A DNA stretch of 53,699 nucleotides from Chloroflexota bacterium (lineage in GTDB: Bacteria; Chloroflexota; Dormibacteria; CF-121): contig VBEN01000008.1 in NCBI GenBank assembly GCA_005881175.1, forward strand, positions 1 through 53,699, written 5' to 3'. Below the pieces are notes generated by a model. That model was not told where the DNA came from and searched no databases. It saw nothing but the letters and a program-made list of their open reading frames with translations. Made by a program: the position numbers and the translations under genes. Positions 44,243 through 53,371 of the stretch are shown here, piece by piece (positions within the stretch are counted from its first letter, which is position 1; every line of letters starts with the position of its first letter).

Positions 44243-44731
44243 ATGAGCTTTCGGCCGGATAGCCCGCTGAATCGGCTCGTCATCCTCTGGCCCGGTGTTC
44301 CGATTGCCGCGTGTGCGCTCGGGTTCGTGCTGGCCGTCGTCGAAGTCTCGGAGACCCACAACGGCTCCTTTGCGGCACTCGCGATTGCGATGGGCTGCGG
44401 TCTGGCATTCAGCGTCGGCCTGCTCTTCCACAGCTTCTTCATCGAGTGGATGGAAGTCACGGTCACTCGCGAAGGCATTGCGGTGCGCCCCGTCGGGCAC
44501 GCCTGGCTCAATCGCCAGCCACGGATAGTCCCCTGGGATCGGGTCCAGGGGACGAACCAGGTCATCACGCGCCAGGGTGGCCATCTCGAAATCGCCGCTG
44601 GCAGCCAGATCCTGAAATTGGATCGCGCCCTGTTCCGTGCCGACACCTTTGCGAACCTATCCGCCGCGCTCGCCCAGCGAACCCGCCAGTGGGGCGCGGC
44701 CAGCTACGACGAGGAACTTGCGGCAGCCTGA
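44243..44731 (+). CDS. membrane protein with two TM segments and a PH-like beta domain
   Basis: Two TM segments, then VTVTREGI...VPWDRV. Confidence 0.7.
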   Translation: MSFRPDSPLNRLVILWPGVPIAACALGFVLAVVEVSETHNGSFAALAIAMGCGLAFSVGLLFHSFFIEWMEVTVTREGIAVRPVGHAWLNRQPRIVPWDRVQGTNQVITRQGGHLEIAAGSQILKLDRALFRADTFANLSAALAQRTRQWGAASYDEELAAA

Positions 44732-44743
44732 GTCGCCGAGTCG

Positions 44744-45364
44744 CTAACTGCGGTAATAGACCTGCGCCGAGTGCACGGCTTGCCGATAGCTGCCATAACG
44801 GGCCTGCAGTGTGGTGCGATCGCCGTACCACGGGTCGTTGATATAGAGGGTGTGGCCACTGTGGCCGGTGATCACCACAAAGTGCATGCCCCCGTACAGC
44901 CGCACCTCGGCGACGACCAGGCGACCGGCATCGAGTTGAGCCTCCACCATGGATTGCGGGGGCAGGTCTTCGATGTCCTGGTCGTCGGTGCGTAGCTGGG
45001 ACACCATGCCGGGAACGTGCAGCCACTTCCAGCGCACAGATCCCTGGGTCGCGGCTGCGGCCTGACGCCAGAGCAGGAGGTCATTCTCGAGGTAGCCCCC
45101 ATTTGCGGTCAGCCAGCGGTTGAGCATTCCCGGATTGGTGGAGTAACCGTAGGCCGCCGTCACCATCGTGACCGCGGTCAGCGCGCAGCCGGCTGAGCCG
45201 ATCGTGTCCACTCGATCGCTGCCCAGCGCGTCGCGAGACCATTGCAGCGAGCGCTGGCTGAAAGTTGGCACCGGCGCGCCGGCAAATGCTCCTAGGCTCC
45301 CCGCCGCCCACGCTACGATGGCCAGCACGCTGGCCGCCAGCGCCCGGCGCCGAGCCCTCTCCAC
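44744..45364 (-). CDS. secreted C39-like cysteine peptidase
   Basis: Signal peptide; FSQ...W, GCALTA (Cys), HFVV (His), INDP (Asp). Confidence 0.88.
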   Translation of the reverse strand: MERARRRALAASVLAIVAWAAGSLGAFAGAPVPTFSQRSLQWSRDALGSDRVDTIGSAGCALTAVTMVTAAYGYSTNPGMLNRWLTANGGYLENDLLLWRQAAAATQGSVRWKWLHVPGMVSQLRTDDQDIEDLPPQSMVEAQLDAGRLVVAEVRLYGGMHFVVITGHSGHTLYINDPWYGDRTTLQARYGSYRQAVHSAQVYYRS

Positions 45365-45448
45365 GGCGCCATCTTACGGTCGAGGTTGGGTCAAGTCCAG
45401 CGGCGGCGATGTCGGCTTTGGATCGTTACCGGTTGGTGACAGTCTGGG

Positions 45449-45769
45449 TCAGCGAAGCAGGCTCTTCAGGTCGCCGGCGTGGCCGCCCAGCGCCAGGCGG
45501 GCATCGAGAACATCGTCGGGACTGATGGGAACGCCCAGCTCCTCGGTGGGCTCGTCACGCACGTCAATCACGGGCGTGGCAGTCTCGGTCTCAGCCGCGA
45601 CGGCGACGGCGATCAGCCGGGCGTCCTGGCAATGGGCACACGTCACCTTGACCAGCGACTGCTCATCATGGTGCGTCACCATTTCGAGCTGGCAGTCGGC
45701 CAGGCTCTGCCCGCACCTGGGGCACTGGAAGCGACCGGCCTGACGCCGGAGAATATCAAGCACGTCCAC
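45449..45769 (-). CDS. zinc-ribbon hypothetical protein
   Basis: CPRC and CAHC pairs; PISPDDVLD motif. Confidence 0.78.
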   Translation of the reverse strand: MDVLDILRRQAGRFQCPRCGQSLADCQLEMVTHHDEQSLVKVTCAHCQDARLIAVAVAAETETATPVIDVRDEPTEELGVPISPDDVLDARLALGGHAGDLKSLLR

Positions 45770-45912
45770 GTTTTTTTCCTACCCGGAAGCTGGCGGAGCA
45801 AACCAGCAAAGCTGATAGCGGTGGCACGGTGTAAGCGCCTAATGGCTGAGCCTCAGTTGATGCAAGACCGATCGTTTGCCGGTCCGGTGGCACCCAGCGA
45901 TACTCGCGCCGG

Positions 45913-47556
45913 ATGCGCCTTCCCGTCTTTGTGGGCGCCGGGGCGATGGCCACCGGAATCCTGTTGCTGGGCGGCCTCCTGGCAACCGAGCTGAACCCCA
46001 TGCCGGTGGTCAATGTCGATGCCATGGAGATCGACGGCGCCTCTGTGCTATCGGTACCCCTGCCTGAGGTGTCGCCCCGGCCACAGCTGGTGATCAAGGT
46101 CAGCGGGCCGCTTCGGCCTGGAGATTGGCACCTCACGATCGATGGCCGGCCGCTCGCCGTTTCCGCGGTTTCGCAGGCGGCCATTTTGCGGGTGATGATC
46201 CCCGGGCCCCTGCCGCTCGGCAGCCGTCACACCGTCCAACTGTCAGCGGGGGCAATGCACATTCGCGCCGCCTTTCAGATCGTGCCTCCCCTGAGTGCCA
46301 GCATCACCACGCGTCTCTATCAGCTGCAGGCCGACGCTCAGATCAGCGTGGCGGCGACTATCCGCTTTTCGCGCGCGGTGATGAACCACGCGCAGGCTGA
46401 GCAGCACCTGCACATGACCGGAAACCCGATTTTGACCTGGCGCGACCACCAGACGCTTGATGCGATTTCCACCGGGTTTGCCCTGTCCGGCCACGCGGCC
46501 GTCGCGCTTGATGCGGGCGTGCAGGCCGCCGATGGCACGTTCAGCCGGCAACCCGCCGCCGCTGCACTCTCGATCCCATCGACCATCACCCAGGTGGCGC
46601 CCGGCCACATGGTGCAGATGTATTACGTCAACACCGACGATGGCCGGGCCGCGCTGTTGTCGCATCTGAAGCAGATCGATGTGCTCAGCCCCGCCTGGTA
46701 CGACGCCAATGCGAATGGCAGCATCACGGGCTATGCGCGGCGCGATGTGATCGATGCGGCCCACGCGAACGGGATTGCCATCATTCCGCTGGTAGTCAAT
46801 AAAGATGTTGACCCCGGCGTCGGGCACGCCATCCTCGCCGATCCAGACCGGCGCGCGACGCTGGCCCGCAATCTCGTCAACGAGGCCAAGACTTACGGCT
46901 ACGCTGGCTTCCAGCTCGACTTCGAGCAGATTCCCTGGACCGACCGCGACCTGCTCACGGCGCTGGTCCAGGACTGTGCAAGTGCCTTCCATGCCGCCGG
47001 TCTCAACCTCTCGATCGCGGTGATCCCTCGGCTTCCGAGTGATGAGACAGCGACCGGCTGGTTGCTCAAATACTTCCACCAATGGTCGGGCGCCTATGAC
47101 TTCGCCGCCCTGGCGAAGGCGGCCGACTTTCTGTCCTTCATGACCTACGACGAGCACAACGGTGTCACCGAGGCGGGCGCCGTCGCTGGAACGCCGTGGA
47201 TGCGCCAGGCGCTCGAGTTCTCGATGCAGGGCGTGCCCCCGGAGAAGGCAACCCTCGGCCTGCCAACCTACTATCACGACTGGACGGGCGTCGGGTACCT
47301 GACGTCGAGCTCCTACGCCGATGCGATGATGCTGGCCCAGCAGCATGGGGCGACCCCGGTTTTTGATCCAGTCGAGGATGAGATGCACTTCGGTTACGAC
47401 GCCTATGGGGTGCATCACGAGCTCTGGATTCAGAGCACCGAAACGCTGCGCCGAAAACTGCCGCTGATGTACGAGTTCGGCCTCAAGGGCATCAGTGTCT
47501 GGCGGCTGGGCTTCGAAGATCCTTCTTTCTGGAATCTGATTCCGCCGCGGCGATAG
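45913..47556 (+). CDS. GH18 glycoside hydrolase (YaaH/YdhD-like) with N-terminal Ig-like domains
   Basis: LSPAWY, GFQLDFE, AYDF, MTYDEH, GISVWRLGFED. Confidence 0.88.
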   Translation: MRLPVFVGAGAMATGILLLGGLLATELNPMPVVNVDAMEIDGASVLSVPLPEVSPRPQLVIKVSGPLRPGDWHLTIDGRPLAVSAVSQAAILRVMIPGPLPLGSRHTVQLSAGAMHIRAAFQIVPPLSASITTRLYQLQADAQISVAATIRFSRAVMNHAQAEQHLHMTGNPILTWRDHQTLDAISTGFALSGHAAVALDAGVQAADGTFSRQPAAAALSIPSTITQVAPGHMVQMYYVNTDDGRAALLSHLKQIDVLSPAWYDANANGSITGYARRDVIDAAHANGIAIIPLVVNKDVDPGVGHAILADPDRRATLARNLVNEAKTYGYAGFQLDFEQIPWTDRDLLTALVQDCASAFHAAGLNLSIAVIPRLPSDETATGWLLKYFHQWSGAYDFAALAKAADFLSFMTYDEHNGVTEAGAVAGTPWMRQALEFSMQGVPPEKATLGLPTYYHDWTGVGYLTSSSYADAMMLAQQHGATPVFDPVEDEMHFGYDAYGVHHELWIQSTETLRRKLPLMYEFGLKGISVWRLGFEDPSFWNLIPPRR

Positions 47557-49063
47557 GGGTTCCGTGCTCGGGCCCTCCGCGTGGGGGAAAGAGCAGGTCA
47601 TAGAGGTCTTGCTGGCGCCGCCGGGCACGCTCGTAGATCGCGTGGACGCTCGCCCGCGGCTGGTGACTTCTACCGCGCGCCGGTGATGAGGACCACAACC
47701 GGGGCAACCGGCCGAGCGCCTCGAGCGCGAGCAGCGCCGCACCACGACTTGAGGCCTCTCTTTCGGGGGACGTCGTCACCGGCAGGTTGAGGGCGTCGGC
47801 CAGCATCTGGCGCCAGGCGGCGGAATGAATAAGCTGGCCGCCGGTCGCGATCACCGCGCGGGGGCGGGGCACGGCATGGTCGATGGCGCTGGCGACGGCG
47901 ACGAGCTGATAGGTGATCGCCTCCATGGAGGCACGCAGCATGTGCGCCGGCTGGCTGCCGAGCGACAACCCGGCGATCACCGCTCGGGCGTCGCCGCGCC
48001 AGTTCGGGCTGCGCTCGCCGGCCCAGAAGGGAAGCACGGTGAGGCCGTGGCTGTCTGGTGGAACGGCGGCGGCTGCACGCTCCAACGCTTTGTAGTGCTG
48101 TTGACCGAGCCCGGCGGTGAGCCAGCGCACCACGTTGCCGCCTTCGCTCAGGGCGCCGCCCAGGACGTAGCGCTCTCGATCGAGCCGGTAGACGAAGGCG
48201 CCCCACGGGATGGTCAGGTCGTTCTGGTCGAGGATGACGCGTAGAGCGCTCGAGGTGCCAATGGTGGCGCAGAGCCAGCGAGGGTCGACGCAGCCGGCGC
48301 CCACGTTCGCGAGCGCGCCGTCGCCCAGAGGAAGGAACCAGGGGACGTCGCGCAGCTGCGGCCAGCGTTTGACGAAGCTCGGACGTAGTGTCGTGATCGG
48401 CTGGTCGCGGTCCGCCAGCGGTGCGAGGTAGTCGGTGCCGATACCCGCAATCTCGAGTGCCTCCGCGTCCCACTGACAATGATGGATGTCGAACAACCCG
48501 GTGCCGGACGCAATCGAGAGGCTAACGCGATACTCGCCCAGCAATCGCTGATAGAGGTGCTCGGCGAGTGAGATCCACCGCACCGTTCGGGCGACCGCCG
48601 GCCGCCGGGTCTCCCGCAGCCAGCGGAGCTTCGCCGGCCAGAAGCTCGCGTGAAAAAAGCAGCCGGTGCGGTTGTGGTAGGCGCGCTCATCGAATTGCGT
48701 GCGCAGGTTGCGCGTTTGGGGTGCGCCGCGCGTGTCGGCCCAGGTAAGCAGCTCGGTGGTCGGGCGGCCGCTGCGGTCGACTCCCATCAGGCTGTGCCAG
48801 TAGCAGGCGGCGGCGGCGGCAATGATGTCGACCTTCTCTTTGCGGGCCGCCTTCAGCGCGGCATCGATGCTTGATGCGATGAGTCGCAGCAAATCATCGG
48901 GATCCGAGGAGACCTCTCCCGGATCGGTGGTCCGGACCTTGTAGGGAAGATCGCAAAGCGTTGGCGCGAGCATCTGTCCGCGGGTGTCGTAGACCACCGC
49001 GCGGACGGATGAGGTGCCGATGTCCAAGGCCAGCACGCCTTCACCGGATTTCGTCTTGGGCAT
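47492..49063 (-). CDS. gntK: gluconokinase (FGGY family)
   Basis: ALDIGTSS, HSLMG, TWADTR, GDGALAN, IGTSSALR, GERSPNW. Confidence 0.85.
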   Translation of the reverse strand: MPKTKSGEGVLALDIGTSSVRAVVYDTRGQMLAPTLCDLPYKVRTTDPGEVSSDPDDLLRLIASSIDAALKAARKEKVDIIAAAAACYWHSLMGVDRSGRPTTELLTWADTRGAPQTRNLRTQFDERAYHNRTGCFFHASFWPAKLRWLRETRRPAVARTVRWISLAEHLYQRLLGEYRVSLSIASGTGLFDIHHCQWDAEALEIAGIGTDYLAPLADRDQPITTLRPSFVKRWPQLRDVPWFLPLGDGALANVGAGCVDPRWLCATIGTSSALRVILDQNDLTIPWGAFVYRLDRERYVLGGALSEGGNVVRWLTAGLGQQHYKALERAAAAVPPDSHGLTVLPFWAGERSPNWRGDARAVIAGLSLGSQPAHMLRASMEAITYQLVAVASAIDHAVPRPRAVIATGGQLIHSAAWRQMLADALNLPVTTSPEREASSRGAALLALEALGRLPRLWSSSPARGRSHQPRASVHAIYERARRRQQDLYDLLFPPRGGPEHGTPIAAAESDSRKKDLRSPAARH

Positions 49064-49117
49064 GCCTGATTTTCCGCCAATCCTCTGATAAACTGTGCCA
49101 GCCTAAAGCCGTACCGC

Positions 49118-49193
49118 TGGGGCGTGGCCAAGCTGGTAAGGCGCCTGACTCTGGATCAGGTAATCCTAGGTTCGAATCCTAGCGCCCCAGCCA
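49118..49193 (+). tRNA. tRNA-Gln(CTG)
   Basis: TGGGGCG...CCTGA-CT CTG GA-TCAGG...GGTTCGAATCC...CGCCCCAGCCA. Confidence 0.96.
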
Positions 49194-49395
49194 TCGCCTG
49201 CAGCGCGAGCCGTCCTCCTCAAGATTGGGCCGGTTGTTCGTAGGACTCCGCCTTGACCGAGCTGGCTCGCGGCTCGGCTGCAGCGCGATCTGTTCACCAA
49301 TCAGGAACGGACGAGCCACATGGTGGAATTGATGGACCTGCAACACACGTGACGGGCGGGGGGAGGCTCGCTACCACAAGTTCGGGTTTACGCGA

Positions 49396-49837
49396 GTGTC
49401 TGAGCGCTGGCCGCGGCCGAGCCAGGACAGGCACCATTCGGAGGAATCCCCTGCGACTCATGCGGAGATCGATCAAGCCGAACGGCGGCTAGGCGTCCGG
49501 TTTCCTGCCGACTATCGGTCGTACCTGCTGGGTCAGAACGGCCTAAAGGGCTGGTTCGGCGACGTCTATCTGGAGCTGTATCCGGTGAGTCGAGTGGTCG
49601 ATGCGACCGAGGCTCATGACCATCAGACGTGGCAGCCAGGGCTAGTCCTAATCGGCGGAGACGGTGCCGGCGAGGCGGTGGGCTACGACTTCCGTAAGCC
49701 GGAGCCCCCTATAGTCCTTGTCAACTTGGTGTCAGCCGGATGGGAGGATGCCTCCTTTTCAAGCAGCCTCCTTTACCGAGTTCATGGGGCAGCGACGCCG
49801 CGGCGAGGAGTTCAGCTTCGTTAGTGGCTACGAGTAG
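49396..49837 (+). pseudogene. SMI1/KNR4-family protein with an apparent 1-nt frameshift near the 3' end
   Basis: PATHAEI..AERRLGVRFPADYR, IGGDGAGEAVGYD; QAASFTEFM continues in the +1 frame after TTTT at 49756-49759. Confidence 0.65.
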
Positions 49838-49945
49838 TACCTCGGAGCAGTTCCGCCGCTCGAATTGAGGAGACGATTCAGCGGCGCCACGAGATGAACA
49901 CTTCTTGAACACCAGACGCGTCGAGCGCATCTGTTCAACACTTGG

Positions 49946-52546
49946 TCACGGCCCTCCCAGGATCTCGACGTAGCCGTCCCTTCCGTTCACGCGGATCCGT
50001 TGCCCATCTCGGATCAACCGGGTGGCATGTTCCACCCCCACGACGGCCGGCAAACCGTACTCCCGTGCGATGACGGCGCCGTGAGTCATCACGCCCCCGA
50101 CCTCCGTTACCAGGCCCGCGATCGCGACGAACAGAGGGACCCAGCTGGGGTCCGTGTAGGCCGTGACCAGGATGTCGCCCGGTTCGAGATCGGCATCCGC
50201 CATGTCCAGGATGACTCGCGCCCGCCCTTCGATGGTCCCGGCCGAAACCGGCAGACCGACCAACGCACCTGGCGGCACGCCATCGCGTCGGTACGCCGCG
50301 GCAATGACCTCGCCATCCGACGTGAACACCCGGGGCGGCGTCAGCGCTTGATACGACCTGAACGCGTCCTTGCGCTGGGCGATGAGCTGTTCATCCACTT
50401 GGGCCGTGCGCGCGACCTCGTGGAGTTCCTGAAATCTGAGGTAGAAGATGTCCTCCTTCTCACGCAGCACGTGCGCCTGCACGAGGCGCTCGGCCTCTTC
50501 CAACAAGGCCTGCTTGTAGACGAAGTAGCGGCTGACCATGCCGTACTTTGGATACTCCCGGTACCCGATGAAGGCGCGGACGCGGTCGATCCTCCGCTTG
50601 GCCTCTTCGGCTTTCTGGGCTCCGTCCGGCAGAGCCCGTAGGCGCTCCAGCAACTCCTGTTCCTTCGCCCACGCCTCCTGCCGCCCTTGCTTGAATCGCT
50701 GTGCGCCGGCGCCCGGCTTGAAGTTCTTGATGTTGCCGAGGAGCACGGGGACGAGCGTGGTGGGCCGTTCGCTCCAACGCGGCCTCGTGATGTCGATCTC
50801 GCCGACGCAGCGCATGCCGTACATCTCGAGAAAGCCCCGGATGGCGTCCCGCGCTTCCCGACCGCCTGCCAACGTGGGCAGTTCATCCAGGAAGCCGTCA
50901 TCGTCGACGCGTTGCAGAAACGCCACCACCTCCGGATGCGGGCGGATCACGTCGGCGACGCCGAGGAGCGCCAGCCCCATCTCCGACGTGACGTTGTGGG
51001 GCACGGACTGCGTGAGCGTGTCGGCCGCGTTCTTCTCGCCCAGCCACGCCTCCAGTCGCTCGTTGAGCCACGACGTGGCTTCCATCGCCGACATGAACAC
51101 CGCATGGCTCTGCCGATCGAACAGGATTCGCCGCAGCTCCTGGATGTCGGCCCGGATGAAGTCGAATAGGGCCGATCCAGACTTCGTCCGGATGTCGCGT
51201 TTCAAGGCGGCAATGGATTCCTGGTTCCGCGCGATCAGATCGGTGACGATGGCGGGATCGGTCTCGATCGGGGCTGGCGCGCCACCTGCCAGCGCGCCAG
51301 CAGGACTCGCGTCCGGGAGCGACGGAATGAAGTCGCCGCGTTCGAGGATGCGCTGCAGCGCGTCCCCGATCAGCGGATCGGATTTCCCTGCGAGCTCCAC
51401 GAGGCGGACGCGGATCGCCGGCGACCCCAGGTCTCGGACGACGTCGACGAACAGCCTGCCGCCCGCCTCGTACATCGGCCGCGCCGTCGTCATCTGCCAG
51501 AAAGAGAGACCGAGGGGTTTCATGGGGTCGGTCATCATCTGCTGGTGACCGACTGAGATATAGACGTGATTCTCTTGGTCGTCGACCGCGGGAATGGGGA
51601 ACAGCGTGGTGATCGGCCGGCTCTGGACGATCTGGAAGTCATCATCGACCAGGCACCATTCGATGTCTTGTGGGCAACCGAAATGTTGCTCGATGGTTCT
51701 GCCCATGCGCGCAACCTGCAAAATCTGCTTATCCGTCAGCGCTTGCGCATTCTGCCGATCAGGCTCAATCTCCTGTTCTTTCGTCCCCCCGTCTTTTGAA
51801 GCATAAATTGCCAGTTTCTTAGTGGAGATCTTCTTATCGATTATCTTGCCGTCGAGCACTTTATAAACATCAGGATTCACCAGGCCGGAGACCAAAGCCT
51901 CACCAAGCCCGAAGCTGGCATCAATGGATAACACTTTTCTACTAGAGGTCACGGGATCGGCAGTAAACAAAATTCCTGATGCCTGCGGGAAGACCATCTT
52001 CTGAACAACCACAGCCATATGGACTTTGCGGTGGTCAAGGCCATTTTGAAGGCGGTAAATTACTGCCCGCTGTGTAAATAGTGATGCCCAGCACTTGCTG
52101 ATATTCCTTAGGATTGCCTCCTTTCCGACAACGTTCAGATACGTATCATGTTGGCCTGCAAAGGAGGCTGTCGGTAAATCCTCTGCGGTTGCGCTGGATC
52201 GAACCGCATAGGAATTTTTTTCACCAAGCCTGGAGAGGAAGCTCGTGACTTCCTTGTTGATGTCTTGAGGGATGGCCAGCCCTTCGATGCTCCTGCGTAT
52301 CTCACTGCTAAGTTCAACGATTTCATCCCGGTCTTCCACCTTTAGAAGCGATAAGTTATCAAGCAATTCGTTAATCGACGACGTTTCCCCAATGCTTCTC
52401 TTAAAGGCTTCAGCAGAAATACAAAAGCCATCCGGTACGCGTATTCCTTCAATCTTGGAAATTTCCCCCAGGTTCGCGCCCTTGCCGCCAGCAACCAGGA
52501 GTTTGCCTTTATCAACATCCTGAAAACCAACCACAAAGGAACTCAT
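49946..52546 (-). CDS. rph: rifamycin-inactivating phosphotransferase
   Basis: GGKGANLGE, AVRSSATAED, PQDIEW, YISVGHQQMMTD, YREYPK, swivel-domain THGAVIAREYG; 866 aa. Confidence 0.93.
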   Translation of the reverse strand: MSSFVVGFQDVDKGKLLVAGGKGANLGEISKIEGIRVPDGFCISAEAFKRSIGETSSINELLDNLSLLKVEDRDEIVELSSEIRRSIEGLAIPQDINKEVTSFLSRLGEKNSYAVRSSATAEDLPTASFAGQHDTYLNVVGKEAILRNISKCWASLFTQRAVIYRLQNGLDHRKVHMAVVVQKMVFPQASGILFTADPVTSSRKVLSIDASFGLGEALVSGLVNPDVYKVLDGKIIDKKISTKKLAIYASKDGGTKEQEIEPDRQNAQALTDKQILQVARMGRTIEQHFGCPQDIEWCLVDDDFQIVQSRPITTLFPIPAVDDQENHVYISVGHQQMMTDPMKPLGLSFWQMTTARPMYEAGGRLFVDVVRDLGSPAIRVRLVELAGKSDPLIGDALQRILERGDFIPSLPDASPAGALAGGAPAPIETDPAIVTDLIARNQESIAALKRDIRTKSGSALFDFIRADIQELRRILFDRQSHAVFMSAMEATSWLNERLEAWLGEKNAADTLTQSVPHNVTSEMGLALLGVADVIRPHPEVVAFLQRVDDDGFLDELPTLAGGREARDAIRGFLEMYGMRCVGEIDITRPRWSERPTTLVPVLLGNIKNFKPGAGAQRFKQGRQEAWAKEQELLERLRALPDGAQKAEEAKRRIDRVRAFIGYREYPKYGMVSRYFVYKQALLEEAERLVQAHVLREKEDIFYLRFQELHEVARTAQVDEQLIAQRKDAFRSYQALTPPRVFTSDGEVIAAAYRRDGVPPGALVGLPVSAGTIEGRARVILDMADADLEPGDILVTAYTDPSWVPLFVAIAGLVTEVGGVMTHGAVIAREYGLPAVVGVEHATRLIRDGQRIRVNGRDGYVEILGGP

Positions 52547-52750
52547 ACGTCTTGCTTGGTCAAATCGATCGTGGGCGACGTCGGACCTCCTCCGGCGATG
52601 CCCACCGCATGCGCTCAGGCGCAGCTGACTCCACTGCCCGATACTAAGCCGCAGGCCGCGCCGCGCCGCTAGCCTGTAGCCGGTTACAGTCGACGCTGAA
52701 ATTCAGTACGCGATGAACTTCAGCGAACTCTGGCGAACTGCAGATTGCGA

Positions 52751-52795
52751 TCTGCAAAACCTCCACCGCGGGTTCGAATCCCGCACTCGCCTCCA
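52751..52795 (+). pseudogene. 3' half of tRNA-Cys(GCA), probable att-site remnant
   Basis: TCTGCAAAACCTCCACC-GCGGGTTCGAATCCCGC-ACTCGCCTCCA; no matching D arm or 5' anticodon stem. Confidence 0.7.
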
Positions 52796-52859
52796 GTTTT
52801 GAATACGATCAGCCTCGACCGAAACGTTTGGATTCGAGGGGGCCCGGAAGGAGCGAACG

Positions 52860-53342
52860 ATGGAACCGATTGTGCTCTTCGGGATTCAATTCACGTTGAG
52901 CTTGCTCGCGTATTTGCTCATCGCATTCTGGTATGTCGTGCCTCGCCTGTCGGGGCTGCCACGGGAACTGGCCCTCGTGCCACTGCTGTGGGTCCATGCG
53001 TTCCGCATCGTCGGCGGGACGATCCTGGCGCCGGGCGCGGTCGGCCCCGGCGTGCCGATGGAATTTCGGACGATGATCGGATATGGCGACTTGATAACGG
53101 CATTCCTCGCGCTGCTGGCGTTGGCTGCCCTTCGCGCCCGCCTCCCAGCCGCTATCGCTTTCGTCTGGCTATGCGTCGTCGTTGGAATGCTCGACACCGT
53201 GAATGCGATCGTCGAATCGGTGCGTTTCAACGTGTTCACGTACGCGCTTGGCGTGAATTGGGTAATCGTGACGGTCTATGTGCCCGCGTTGCTGGTGAGC
53301 AGCCTTCTGATCTTCATGCAGCTACTCCGCCGCGATCGCTGA
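52860..53342 (+). CDS. multi-pass membrane hypothetical protein
   Basis: AAGGAG RBS; about 5 TM segments; HAFR and YGDL motifs. Confidence 0.82.
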   Translation: MEPIVLFGIQFTLSLLAYLLIAFWYVVPRLSGLPRELALVPLLWVHAFRIVGGTILAPGAVGPGVPMEFRTMIGYGDLITAFLALLALAALRARLPAAIAFVWLCVVVGMLDTVNAIVESVRFNVFTYALGVNWVIVTVYVPALLVSSLLIFMQLLRRDR

Positions 53343-53371
53343 ACCGCCAATGGATCCGCGGCGCCGCAGCC

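Noticed and set aside
47492-47556. 65-nt convergent overlap of gntK and the GH18 gene as a regulatory device
   Set aside because: More simply explained by a low-information gntK tail after loss of an earlier stop
52640-52670. Rifamycin-associated element upstream of rph
   Set aside because: Only a partial, non-palindromic resemblance (GGCCTGCGGC); not supportable by eye
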